The notes under the pieces were generated by a model. That model was not told the DNA's origin, searched no databases, and saw only the letters and a program-made list of their open reading frames with translations. From Phyllobates terribilis (taxonomy: Eukaryota), in NCBI RefSeq assembly GCF_046119375.1, contig NW_027362764.1, positions 717,774,001 through 717,838,000 on the forward strand: DNA of 64,000 nucleotides, written 5' to 3'. Shown in pieces: positions 11,238-23,837 of the stretch; positions within the stretch are counted from its first letter, which is position 1, and each line of letters opens with the position of its first letter. A program made the translations under genes and the position numbers.

Positions 11238-12267
11238 GTAAGTAAAAGTCTGTAGGACAGGGCTTAGCCGTCATTGTGCTGTCATTCAGGTACAATGTCC
11301 CCTGTGAGTATCAGCCGCCCTGTCGCCTCCTCCATCATCCAGGGAGAAATAAATGAGACCACCCCCTGTATATTCCATGTCCCCACTTCATCACTCAGAG
11401 CAAGGAGCCGCTCAGTATCAGTGGCACTGGCGCTCCTCGGCCATCCATGTATTACATGGAAAGGCATTCATTTTCTTTGTCTTCATGTAATGCTACATTT
11501 CCCCTGCACGGAGCGGCATGTATGACCGGTGATCACGTCTGCTGCAGATCACTGGGCTAGCTGAAAGTGGTTTTCTTCTATAAAAGGGTTATTCACAAAA
11601 TATGTTGTTCCTGCCCCCCCCCCCCCCCCCGCTCCTATCCCCTGGATAGGGGATGGCATATGGATCGCTGCGCATCTGACCGCTGGGACCGCCAGCGATT
11701 CCAAGCAGAAGCCCCATCTTGAATGCAGCAGAGGTACACATGCTCTTCTCCACCTTCATTCATCGATTATATGACAGCCGGAAATAGTGCAGCGCCTAGC
11801 TCAGCTTTCCTATAGACGATGAATGTAGGAAGGTTGAGCATGCACAATTCTGCCCCATTCAATACAGATCTCTGCAGATCCTCCTTGGGATTGCCGAGGG
11901 TCCCAGAGATCAGATACACAACAGTCCATAAGACACCCCCTATCCATTGGGAATAACCCCTTTACCCGTCCTTTCAAGAGATCATCAGTCTCAAGTTGTC
12001 GGGGTCCCTGTTCACCTATATGGGAGAGAGCTGTAAGCAACATGCATGGTCATTGCTCGGTATATGGAGCTGGTACTTTGAGCGAGACCCCCTCTGCTCT
12101 GATAGTGATCACATGTCTGTCCTAAGGATAGATCATCAGTATTAATGTTTTAATAAACCCTGTTAAATTAAAACAAATGGCAGGAAGAGCTCATATTATG
12201 TGATTCACAAGTTTGTATTAAGACAAATGTTTTTTCTGACTTCATCATGAACCGTTTCGTCCTGCAG

Positions 12268-12432
12268 ACTTTACACGTATGACATGAGATACATGACTGC
12301 CCCCGTAATTGTACACATGGACCACGTATCCGCTGTGCTGGATGTCGACTACTCTCCAACCGGGAAAGAATTTGTGACTGCCAGCTTTGATAAATCCATC
12401 CGCATCTACCCCTTTAGCAGCGGACACAGCAG
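12268..12432 (+). CDS. DCAF13: DCAF13 exon 8, 165 nt
   Basis: gcag|ACTTTAC...AGCAG|gtgagt; LYTYDMRYMTAPVIVHMDHVSAVLDVDYSPTGKEFVTASFDKSIRIYPFSSGHS(R). Confidence 0.96.
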
Positions 12433-12664
12433 GTGAGTTTTTCCCATAGAAACACTGGGGAAAAAAAGGTGCAAACTAAAGTCATTATGGGGCTGAAAGT
12501 CTGGGGATACATAGGGGATAACACACGGGTGCAACTATAATATATATAGATTAGCCAATACGTTTTCAAGTCTGTCTAGGGGAGAGAAATTGCAAGAAAG
12601 TTCAGAATTTTTGAGCTTGCAAAGTTCACTTTAGTAGGTGCTAAATCTGTAGGAGAGTTCAGCC

Positions 12665-13955
12665 CTGGGCCGGCTCCAGGTTTTTGTGGGCCCCGGGCGA
12701 AAGAGTCTCTGTGGGCCCCTTTAATACATACCACGCTTCATGATGCACAGATACAGTAGAGAAATATATATATATAGTACAAGGCCAAAGATTTCACTTC
12801 TTACATTACATGACCAATATCTATTGTAAATTCCACAATAGCTCAGAAACCGGTGAATCGCTCCATACAGAATAATGGCCCCCATAAAATGCTCCATACA
12901 GGATACTGGCCCCCATATTACGCTCTGTACAAGATACTGGCCCCCTTATAATGCTCCATACAGAATACTGGCCCCCTTATAATGTTCCATACAGAATACT
13001 GCCCCCCAAATAATTCTCCATGCAGGATACTGTCCCCCATATTACGCTCTGTACAGGATACTGGCCCCCTTATAATGCTCCATACAGAATACTGGCGCCC
13101 AAATAATGCTCCGTGCAGGATACTGACCCCCATATTACGCTCCGTGCAGGATACTGGCCCCCTTATAATGTTCCATACAGAATACTTGCCCCCGTATAAT
13201 GCTCCATACAGAATACTGACCCCCAAATAATTCTCCATGCAGGATACTGGCCCCCATATTACTCTCTGTACAGGATACTGGCCCCCTTATAATGCTCCAT
13301 ACAGAATACTGTCCCCAAAATAATGCCCCATGCAGGATACTGGCCCCCATATTACGCTCTGTACAGGATACTGGCCCCCTTATAATGCTCCATACAGAAT
13401 ACTGGCCCCAAAATAATGCCCCATGCAGGCTGTCGCCCCCCCCCCACACACACACATAATGCCCCATGCAGGATGTCACCTTCCCCCTTATAATGCCCCA
13501 TGCAGGATGTCACCCCCCCCCCTTATAATGCCCCATGCCGGATGTCATCTCCCCCCCCTTTATAATGCCCCATGCCTCCATATATTAAAAAACAAATACT
13601 CACCTCACTTCTCACCTGCTGCCGCTGCTCCGAACCCCTCACCCGCGCCGGCGTCTTCCCGCTCTGCGCTGCCTGTGACTGCTCAGGAGAGAGCGCAGTA
13701 TAAAGACGTCTCAGGTCAGAGGGTGCGGTGACGTCACCGTGCAGCAGCCGCAGAAGAGACCGAACCTGTTGTGCGGAGGCATGGGGAGAGGTAAGTATTG
13801 TAGTATTGTGCCGGGGCCCTGAGCAAGTGGGGGGGAGCGGGCGCTGGCACTGCACCGCTCACGGGTCTCATAGCACGCAGGGGTCCCCGACAGTGAGTGG
13901 GCCCCTCCGCCTGCTCAGGGCCCCGGCACTTGCCCGGGTGCTGACGCCGGCCCTG
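12665..13955 (-). mobile_element. Second, longer copy of the CAGGGCCGGC hAT-type MITE, opposite orientation, with expanded internal minisatellites
   Basis: Both terminal segments are reverse complements of the ends of the 5893-6649 copy. TSD GTTCAGCC (12657-12664) / GTTCACCC (13956-13963), 7 of 8 match. Alternating ~31-bp repeats at ~12870-13430. Confidence 0.88.
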
Positions 13956-15114
13956 GTTCACCCGCTCGTCATGAAAAGTCCACTAAAAACATTAATATAA
14001 AATCTATCACTAATCCACTGCCTTACGGTTATGTAGGATGGTGGGGTTGAGCAGATGGTCTCGCGCTGCTCTGCTCCGTTGTCTGGCCGCCACAGATAAG
14101 TGGTCATTTATGGGGCCAGCATCTTGGACACCTCTTACACTTACTCAGCTCCCCGACCTGGTGATATGCCAATGCCGGGTCTGAGAACGCCGGCCACAGA
14201 AGTGAGGACTGCCCTGGTCTGGCTGCCACAGACGACTGGACTAGGGCAGTTTTTGCTCAACTGTACAGGATGATAATGGCTTTCTAAAGATGTCGCCCTC
14301 CTAAATCTGCATTGTAGGAAAAAATAAAAGGGGTAAAGTCGGTGGTCCTGGTCCTGCAGTTCTGGCACTGATGCGTGTGTAGTAAAGCAAGGCGTAATGG
14401 CCGCTCACCATACATGCTTCAGATGCTGTAGGAGCTAGATGGTAATGTCAGGACCGCGGGGCCACAATAGGCCGGACCTCAGGTCGTGTGCTATTCTGAA
14501 TACTTTTATTATTTGAATCCTGTCTGCAACATGGCTGCATCAGACATCACAATCCTGAAGACTTCCCATACCGGGGTATCACCCTGACTATACTCCCTAT
14601 CGGCACATGGGGGTCATACATCGGATCTTGCTCAAAGTAGGCGACTCTTATAAGCGGCAGAAACAGCTGGATCTGGCGAACGACTGCTACATGTACATCT
14701 TCTCATCTAAATGGCCACCACATAGGGAAAATGTCTGACTGGTTGTAACTAGAGGTGAACAAAAAGAGTATATCCGTCACGTCATTAGTCTGTGGCTGCC
14801 GGACTAGAGGCCTGCGAACCTTCTTCTACCTGCCGGTGACTGCTGTGACTAGAGGGTCGGCACGATTGTTATGTATGTGTCACACCACAGCAATGACGTC
14901 TTGCCAGGCCTACAAAAGACACCCCAAGGATGGAAGGAGGTTCCCAGGGCTCTTATCTGGAGTTATGGAAGTGGGTCCTGCAAGTCTTTCCCATGTCAAT
15001 GGCAGTCAGACATATTGGCTAGAGAGGGAACTGAATGAGTGACTCAATGACCTGCCGTTGCTGTATGTATTGCACATTCAGAAATGATTGAACCCGTAAC
15101 TTGGTCGATCACAG

Positions 15115-15250
15115 GGAGGTGTACCACACGAAGAGGATGCAGCACGTCACCTGCGTCCGCTGGTCTTCTGACAACAAGTACATTCTGTGCGGCTCAGACG
15201 AAATGAACATCCGTATCTGGAAAGCAAAAGCATCGGAGAAGCTCAGCCTG
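15115..15250 (+). CDS. DCAF13: DCAF13 exon 9, 136 nt
   Basis: acag|GGAGGTG...AGCCTG|gtaaga; EVYHTKRMQHVTCVRWSSDNKYILCGSDEMNIRIWKAKASEKLSL. Confidence 0.96.
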
Positions 15251-18079
15251 GTAAGACTGTCCAAGAAAGCAATGCACTAACTGCATCTGCAGAGATCCTG
15301 CACCTACGGCCTGATCTACAGCATGAGACTCCTCATCAGACTCGCCCATCACTGATATTGGGGCAGATTTATTAAAGCAGTCCTGATGGTGGCGTGCTCC
15401 GCAACAGAAATGCTACTCCAGTCTGAGACTGGAGTAGCATTCCTGGTGTACCAAAGCCATCCCTTTTAATAAATTGGCTGGTTGTGGCAATGTCCTGTCC
15501 CAGGTCTGCTCATTTTCGGCAAAATCTATTCAAACTGTCAGGAAAACTCCAAAAGTCGCAAAATATCTGCGCTACTTCGCAATGTGCAAACATTTTATGA
15601 CTTTTCCAAATATTTTATGCCAGTTCTCTCACATCAAAGCTTTGGTGGGACATTTTAGGGCCGATTCATCAAAATTTTTTTTTTTTTTTTAAGATTATAG
15701 TGGGCACAATGTATATAAAATGTAAATTAACTAGCAAAAAAAAAAAATAGAACGTTAACCAAGTCCTCAGAGGCACAGACTACGGCTATAAGCCCGCCCC
15801 TGAGGAGACAGAACTATACATCCCTTATTAAAAAATGACGGGGGGGGGGAGGGGGCACAACTTTTTATTTATTTTTTAACCCCCTTTTATTTGTTCCATT
15901 ATTTCACTAAAAAAAGTAAAATGTACTAATACAAAAATGTAGTAAAAAAAATAATAATAATAATCCTCATTAGTGTGTGTATCCTGGAAAAATTATAAGT
16001 GGGTTTTAAGGGGTGAAGCCCCGGTAGATGTAGTAACTGAAAATCCAAGTGAAGCCAATGAAGCCCAGCCAAAGGTTTCATAGGAGACTGGTAATTCTCC
16101 AATAGACTGTAATACTACAGTATGATAGTGCAAGTGATTGGAGATTCAAGGTCATGGATGGACCAGTAGAAAAAAAAAATTGTAGTAATATATGTGTCCC
16201 ACAAGAAAAATAGCCCTAAAACAGCTCTATATCGATGAAAAATAATAGCATTCTGCTCTTGGAAGGCGAAGAGGAAACATTTAAGTGCCGAGGGGCCCCT
16301 TCTGGACGTAGCATTTTCTCCCGACCACCTAAAGAAAAACTCTCCCTTAATGTCTTTTATGGGAAGGAGCAGACTCCATGCCCCCATCTTTTCTATCCCT
16401 ATATAACCCCCTTCTTTCGCTTCCTCTGACCCCTTAAGGTGCCAGAAATTGTTCTGCAAATCAGTTTACAAATGTCTGTTCCTAGTTCAACAAACCGCAA
16501 GAGCAAGTAAACATCACAACCGTGAATAATTTAGTATGTGTTTTTTTTTTTTTGGGGGGGGGGGGGTTGTTATGCTAATTCTAACTACCAGCCATGTGCA
16601 AAGTATTCCATCAATGTCTCTTGCCACATGGAGGCGCTCTCCAGCCTTTGCACTGCCGCAGGTGACTTTAGGACTCCTCTGACTCCTGCACCATCGCTGA
16701 TTTATTTTTCGGCGTTCAGGTCATCGCTTAACGCGTTGACAAGGAAACACTATTAATTGAATCCTAACTTGTTCACCTCTTAGTGTTCGGCTAATGCTAA
16801 TCGCCAGGAGAGCGGTGCTATGTCACCATTTAATGACTGAGGGCATATTAAAGTCTTCTTTTTTTCAATATTAAAGAAGCAATACATAATCCTCTGTTAT
16901 ACCTTATGGAAACCCCTGAATTAACTGGCTACCAAGTATCGGGAAAAACCTTTTAGTTCTCAAGAACCAAATCACTAGTTTGGAGTAAGCACCGCACCCT
17001 AAGCAGCTGCCAGGACACACACTGCCTAACCCATTGAGATCCCACAGAAGTGCAAGGAGACAATATGGCTTTTCATTGTACTTGTCTTTCTTTTCATCGT
17101 AAGTGTATTTCTTCTTTCTAAGTTCACAACATCTTCTAGGCAAAGCCTGAGCGTCTTTGCCTGTCGTGCCGAAAGTGTTAATCTTGCTTCCTTTCTGCAC
17201 CTCCCGGTAATGTTCTGCGCACACGCCGCTTTTGGTCGACTAAAGTGTTTAGCTTGTACCAAATCAGCAACATCGCTTTACTGTTCTTCAATTAAATTAA
17301 AGAAAATCATTGCTTTTAATTAGAATAAAAGCCTCATTCGGAGGCTGCCGACAACTTGCTGCACGATGGGGGGAAAAAAAAAACAAAACACAAAAATTAG
17401 TGCTCTGTTTAGGCTACATCAGGGAAAATAACCATGGGAAGGGGCAAAGATGGTGCCAGCACACCCTCCCCCAATCAATAATCATCTGATATTTACTCCT
17501 TTTCTTAATCATTTAATTCACTTTAAATCTTAAGGAGATGTGATACCTAGATAATGCTATAGTAGAGAGCATGGGGTGAGCCCGAGCTCCTCCTGCCGGC
17601 TTCCACTCCAGAAAGCTGTGACACTTGCAGGGACTGAAATTCCCATCATGGCATATGGATATTGTCAAATAGTGCTTGAAAATAGCCATTCTTCAGCTGT
17701 TGACATATTTTTTTGCTGTTGTTTAAAGCTAGTTGCCTAGGAGACCGACCACCAAACATGCCCAGTGTTTACAGTTTCTTTTTGATTAGCTTTTGAGCCG
17801 GCCAGGATCACTGGAGCACACTGTTGTCTCCTTTTCCTGGCCAGCTTGAGCGACATGCTTAGAAGGTAGACTGCAGCGGTGGTCGGTCTCCTAGTCAACA
17901 AGCTGTAAGCAAAAGGAAAAAAAGAGTGTTGTATTTACAAGCTGGATCCAATAATGTCAATATGCGAAGAAAGGAATAACCCTAATGATTTGTAGGGATC
18001 CGATCCCGTTTTTGCTTTACTACGCTATGTTTTGCACCCGTCTTAGATAGTAGGTAACTCTGGTGGTATTGTCTTTCAG

Positions 18080-18243
18080 CTATCTCCGCGAGAGAGGGCC
18101 ACCAATAACTACAACCAAAAGGTAAAGGAAAAATTCCAGCATCATCCACAGATCCGGAGAATCGCCCGACACAGACACTTACCCAAGTCCATATACAACC
18201 AGATATCAGAACAGCGCATTATGAGGGAAGCTCACCGCAAGAA
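18080..18243 (+). CDS. DCAF13: DCAF13 exon 10, 164 nt (Sof1 domain)
   Basis: ttcag|CTATCT...AAGAA|gtatgt; LSPRERATNNYNQKVKEKFQHHPQIRRIARHRHLPKSIYNQISEQRIMREAHRK. Confidence 0.96.
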
Positions 18244-18334
18244 GTATGTACTCCATATGTGCTGCCACGGATTAGTGGCCACACATTCTCGTTCTGTGGT
18301 ATTTACTATCAGACAGTACGGTTTAACATGTGGT

Positions 18335-18549
18335 AGACTTATACATTAGTGCCGTTAATTCCTCAGCTCTTTATAAACATCACTGTCCCCTCTGGGGCTC
18401 ACGAACAAAATCCACTATAAGTATGTCTTTGTATGGGTTTCTTACGGTTTCCTCCTATACTCCAAACTCCTTGCAGATGTTGTCCTTGGTGGGATTTGAA
18501 TCCAGGACCTCAAGGCTGCAGTGCTAACCACTGAGCCACTGTGCTGCCC
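18335..18549 (-). mobile_element. tRNA-derived SINE (V-SINE-like), internally degenerate
   Basis: Minus strand starts GGGCAGCACAGTGGCTCAGTGG (A box) with GGATTCAAATCC (B-box-like); same family as 39777-40042. Confidence 0.8.
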
Positions 18550-20303
18550 CTTGCAATCAATGTGTGATTGGCAGCAGAAGATGGCACCTCTGACCCCGAG
18601 GCTAAGCCCAAACAAGAGTATTTTCAGTCCATGTGCAACAAAATTGCGCATAGAGCAATGTGAACCTATGGGCTAGTGCACACGAGCTGCTTTCTACATG
18701 CACCAGAGGTCCAGTGGGAGAAATCGCAGCATGCCCTAGCCTAGTCTGACTAGTGCTTGTGAATAGTAGGCAACTCCTGCACATGCAATCTGTGGATGTG
18801 ACTTGTCCACAGAGTTCAGCACTCGTCTGAACTTGCTGTTAGGGCAGGTGCAGACAACCATTGAGTCTCTCATCCAAGAGAATAATCGATTATGCAAATG
18901 ACACTGATGAGTGTCAGCTTCGTGTGATCTGATTCTCTTGGATGAGAGAATCAATGCACACTGAGGAGAAGATGGAGAATAAAATTTCTCCATCTTCGCC
19001 ATTGCGTGAGTCAGCGGAATTTCATCCGAGTGCAGTCTGATGTTTCCCACACGTCCATAGACTTGATTGGCATTCGATTTCAAAGTGATTCTATCAGTGA
19101 AAAAAATCATGCTTCTGTACTGCCTCATTGAGTAACATTGGTCCTAGTGCTATCCGATTAAACATCAGATAACACTCGTCCGATGTATATGCTGGTGTGA
19201 GCGAGCCCTTCTAGTGATGATTGTGGGACAGCCGCTGCTGATTTTATGTAGTAGAATATCCTTTTAATATTTTTCCAAGGGTTTTCTGCAGTTACCCACA
19301 GAATAAGTTATCAACATCACACGGGATCAGGGGTCCGGGTGCCTACTCTGATGTTGGGTAGCTATTTGTGTAGGACCCCTCCATTCAGGGCAGCTGCAGT
19401 ACGTGGCTCCGCCGCTACCTATTGTCATAGCCGTGCCTGGGAAACATGGGGACTGCTTCACTCAAGGGATCGATGACATTGCCTGGAGTTAAGACTCCCA
19501 CCTATCTGACCCAAAAAAGGTCAGTCATCATGGCAAGATTCTTACAATCTGCTAAATGAAAAGTTCTACAATTTTTAGGACCCTCTGCCTACCGCCACTG
19601 ACTAGAAAGTTTTTTTTTTGTAGGACATCATCCATATTATACAGTTTTATTATACAATGATTAAAGGGGTTTCTTTCCCCATTAAATAAAGTTGCAGCCA
19701 GCCACTATTTTTCCTGCAGATAAATTCTGGCCTTCCAACTTAATGGCCGTTCCTATAGCACAATGGCACTCAGAGGGCCTTCCCAAATTGTCTCTCTCCT
19801 CCTATGATGACTACATGCCCAATATAATGGCATTGTCCACTACTGGTCATCCTTTTTATTATAAAAGCTCCATTAAATAATAAAAATAAGTATACTGATA
19901 TCCTAGACTGTCATTGACCCTCTGATCTCAGCTCTGTGTCCCCTTTTGGTCACCAGACACAAACAATATCATGTGACCGCTGCAGTCATTCAGGAGTCAC
20001 TGACCGGCTGCAGCCTACGCTATTTCTTAACAGGACGGAAGAAACACTGTTCTCCTGCACTGAGGGAATAATGATGGCTGCAGCGGTTACGTGGCCTTTT
20101 TGCTAAAAGGCTGGCAGGGGGGGGGGGGGGGGAGAGGCACAAGGCTTGAAGGGGAGGTGCAGCGCTGGTCAGGGAGGTGGTTTTTTATTTTATGTTGTAT
20201 CCTGGAGTTACTTCGCAGACAACCCCTTTAAGATTCATTACTTCGTTGATGACTGACACTATTTTATCTTGCTAATTGATATTTGGTTTTTTCAATCTTA
20301 CAG

Positions 20304-20391
20304 GGATGTAAATCGCCGCAAACACAGCAAAGCGGGAGCAGTGCCCATCGTACCGGAGAAGAAGAAGCATGTTGTGGCCGTGTTGGAATAA
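20304..20391 (+). CDS. DCAF13: DCAF13 exon 11 (last coding exon), 88 nt
   Basis: acag|GGATGTA...GAATAA; DVNRRKHSKAGAVPIVPEKKKHVVAVLE*, stop 20389-20391. Confidence 0.96.
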
Positions 20392-20527
20392 TATGTGCCC
20401 CGTTTATGTTGCACAGTATTGAGCCCAGATGTTGGCCCTGTAATGTACTATAGCACCAGGGATGTTTATGGATGGGACTAACAGGAGGTGCAAATCTCAA
20501 GGACATCTCATTTATAGTGTAAAAAAA

Positions 20528-20533
20528 AATAAA
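20528..20533 (+). terminator. Candidate DCAF13 polyadenylation signal
   Basis: First AATAAA after the stop, but it lies in an A-rich run. An AT-rich region near 21055-21100 is an alternative 3' end. Confidence 0.3.
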
Positions 20534-22524
20534 TAAATCTGGAAACCATCAGCAGGCAGGATAGAGCCTACAGAAGGGTAAAAGGGTTGTCCACTACAGG
20601 ATGCTACAAACGTAGACTCGCCTCCCAGACTACCTATGCTGATAAATATGCTATCCCAGTGGTCGCTGATGGGACGCAGCTTTCCGTCACAGAGTTCAGA
20701 TGGAACTGTGACTGCTGCCACCCATCAGCAACCAACGATTGACTGCAGTGGTCATGTGACATAATGTGTAAGTGAGCACTGGGAGACGCAGTGTCAACAT
20801 CACTGGAATTGCTCCATTCTGGGAGGTGATTGTATGGTTTTTGTATGAGGCACTATAGCATTTAAGAAAGAGTTGTTTGAGTAGTGGACAACACCTTTTT
20901 AAGTTTTTCTCTTTTTTTTATTATTGCGTTGCACAGACCAAGACAATCTGAATATCTCCCGACCTTACAAAGTTGCTCCACTTTATACTCATTGGCTATA
21001 TAATGAGAGATTGAGTTAATTTCTATTGTTTATATCTGTGTAAGATTTTTTTGATAAAAAATAAGTTATATAAACTGAATTGTTGTACTTTTTTTTTTTG
21101 CCTTTGGCCTTGCTCTCTAGATTGTATAATGTTTATCCAGTTGTCTTAAGGCCGTGTTCATACGTGTGGAAACACAAGAGTTTTTGTCTGTAGGTCTGCT
21201 ATGATTATTGCTTTTTTCTGCTGCAGGTTTTTTTCTTTTTTTGTATTTTGCAAGTGTAGAAACCAAACAATTGCGGTTTTACATGTGATTTTTTTTTTGT
21301 TTTTTAGTCTCCCCATTGAAGCCTGTAGGGGAAAAAAATCCAACAAAAATGCACAGGTTAAAAACCTGTTTTTAAACAAACCTTGGCCAGGAGGTTCCAT
21401 GAAATCACATCTACTTTGCTTGCAGTGTTAAATGCACAAAAAAAAAAAGTCCAGCGGTATTCTGGTAAGAAGAACTATCCTGTGGAAAGTTGATAATTGT
21501 TACATTGGTGAAAGTTTCCATCTCTGAAATCACCAAAACTGTGTTTTTTTTTCCCTTAACATATGACATACTGTGTCACTCATATGTCGTCTCCCTGCCT
21601 CTGATGTGAGCTCGCAAGCCGAGCCCGCATATTTACCGGCAGGTGATGGCTGAATTATTCAGCTATCATCTGCCTCTAACAGCCGCGGGTGGAACAGAGC
21701 AGGGAGCGCTCTGTTCTAACTGCTAATAAGCGCTCCCGCGACATGATTGGGGACGCCGATGGATTGCCATAACAGCCAGAGGTCTGCTGAAGAACTTCGT
21801 GCCTGTCAAGACTGTTTTCCTGTGAAGGACAAGGTTTAGCTGCCATTTATAGGAGAGTGTGACTTTTTTTTTTTTCTTCTGTACACAGCAATACTATTGT
21901 CTTGCTGTGTATAGTACAAGCGATCACATGATCAAGTCCCCTAATGGGACTAATAAATAGTGAAAAGTAAAAAAAAATTAAAAAAAATGCTGCACAACTT
22001 TTTGAGTCGATCACTGCAAACAATTTCTGTAAGGGAAGAGTAAGACAGCCATATAACTTGGAAGAGGATCGCAACGCAATGGTTGGACTGGCTGTTGACT
22101 GTGCTAACCCGAGCATGATAGCATGTATTTCTATACAGCCATCATGCACTGGTTGGGAGATCCGAAGGCCAGTCCAAGCATTGTATACTCGTTCAAGTTG
22201 TACGGTTGTCTGACTCTTCGCTAGCTCTCAATGATACTTCTGTACCTGTCCACAGGTATTTTGGCCACTCCTCGGACCAAACTGCTTCCCCTGTCTCAGG
22301 TGTGGAGTTGGCTTCTCCAGACTGTAGGTTTCAGCTCCTTCCACAGATGTAGTATTTAGATCAGGGCTCACAGGAGCCACTTCAGAAGAGTCCAATGCTT
22401 TGCTCTTCACCATTCTTGGATGTTTTTAGCTCTGTGTTTTGGGTCATTATCCTGTTGGAGAACCCATGACCTTCGGCACAGACCAAGATTTCTGACACTG
22501 GGCAGCACATTTCTTTGAAATTCA

Positions 22525-22653
<129 letters not shown>

Positions 22654-22683
22654 CTATGCTTCATTTTTCAATCTGTCAACTCA

Positions 22684-23837
22684 CAGGTGCATCTCACAAA
22701 ATTAGGATATCATCAAATAGTTAATTTATTTCAGTTCTTCAATACAAAAAGTGAAACTCCTATATTATATAGAGTCATTACAGACAGAGTGATCTATTTC
22801 AAGTGTTTAGTTCTGTTAATGTTGATGATTATGGCTTATAGCCAATGAAAACACAAAAGTCATTATCTCAGTAAATTAGAATACTTTATAACAGCTTGAA
22901 TAAATGTTTTTAAAATCTGAAATGTTGGCCTACTGAAATGTATGTTCAGTAAATGCCCTCAATACTTGGTCGGGGCTCCTTTTGCATCAATGCGGCGTGG
23001 CATGGAGGTGATCAGCCTGTGGCACTGCTGAGGGGTTATGGAAGCCCAGGTTGCTTTGATAGCAGCCTTCAGCTCGTCTGTATTGTTGGGTCTGGTGTCT
23101 CTCATCTTCCTCTTGACAATACCCCATAGATTCTCTATGGCAGTGGTTCTCAACTCCAGTCCTCAAGACCCACCAACAGATCATGTTTTCAGGATTTTCT
23201 TAGTATTGCACAGGTGATGGAATTATTACCTGTGTAATACTAAGGAAATCCGGAAAACATGATCTGTTGGTGGGTCTTGAGGACTGGAGTTGAGAACCAC
23301 TGCTCTATGGGGTTAAGGTCAGGCGAGAGTGCTCTAAAATTTCCTGGTAGACTGCTGCGCTGACTTTGGTCTTGATAAAACACAGTGGACCTACACCAGC
23401 AGATGACATGGCCCCCAAACCATCACTGATTGTGGAAACTTCACACTAGACCTCCATCTGCTTGGATTGTGGCCTCTCCACTCTTCCTCCAGACTCTGGG
23501 ACCTTGTGGAGTGTGTCAATGACTGCCTTCTGGACATCTGTCAAGTCAGCAGTCTTCCCCATGATTGTGGAGCCTACTGAAACAGACTAAGGGATTTTTT
23601 TAAACGCTTAGGAAGCCTCTGCAAGTGTTTTTTGTTAATTATTCAAATTTACTGAGATAATGACTTTTGTGTTTCCATTGGTTGTAAGCCATAATCATCA
23701 ACATTAACAGAAATAAACCCTTGAAATAGATCACTCTGTGTGTAATGACTCTATATAATATGAGTTTCACTTTTTGTATTGCAGAACTGAAATAAATTAG
23801 CTTTTTGATGATATTCTAATTTAGTGAGATGCACCTG
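22684..23837 (-). mobile_element. Internally deleted Tc1-like transposon with long (~150-bp or more) TIRs (inner)
   Basis: Ends CAGGTGCATCTCAC... / ...GTGAGATGCACCTG followed by TA; transposase C-terminus SPDLNPIENLWGIVKRKMRDTRPNNTDELKAAIKATW...PTKY*. Confidence 0.9.
23141..23302. mobile_element. 162-bp palindromic hAT (Charlie-like) MITE
   Basis: CAGTGGTTCTCAACTCCAGTCCTCAAGACCCACCAACAGATCATGTTTTC... matches its own reverse complement at the right end; perfect 8-bp TSD CTCTATGG (23133-23140, 23303-23310). Confidence 0.95.

Noticed and set aside
15090-15114. U12-type intron suggested by a CCGTAAC branch-like motif and a weak pyrimidine tract before DCAF13 exon 9
   Set aside because: The donor of this intron is GTGAGT, not the U12 consensus GTATCCTT.
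16904-17262. Two minus-strand ORFs in DCAF13 intron 9 with Lys- and Cys-rich stretches
   Set aside because: Non-ATG starts, no recognisable domain, no splice signals.
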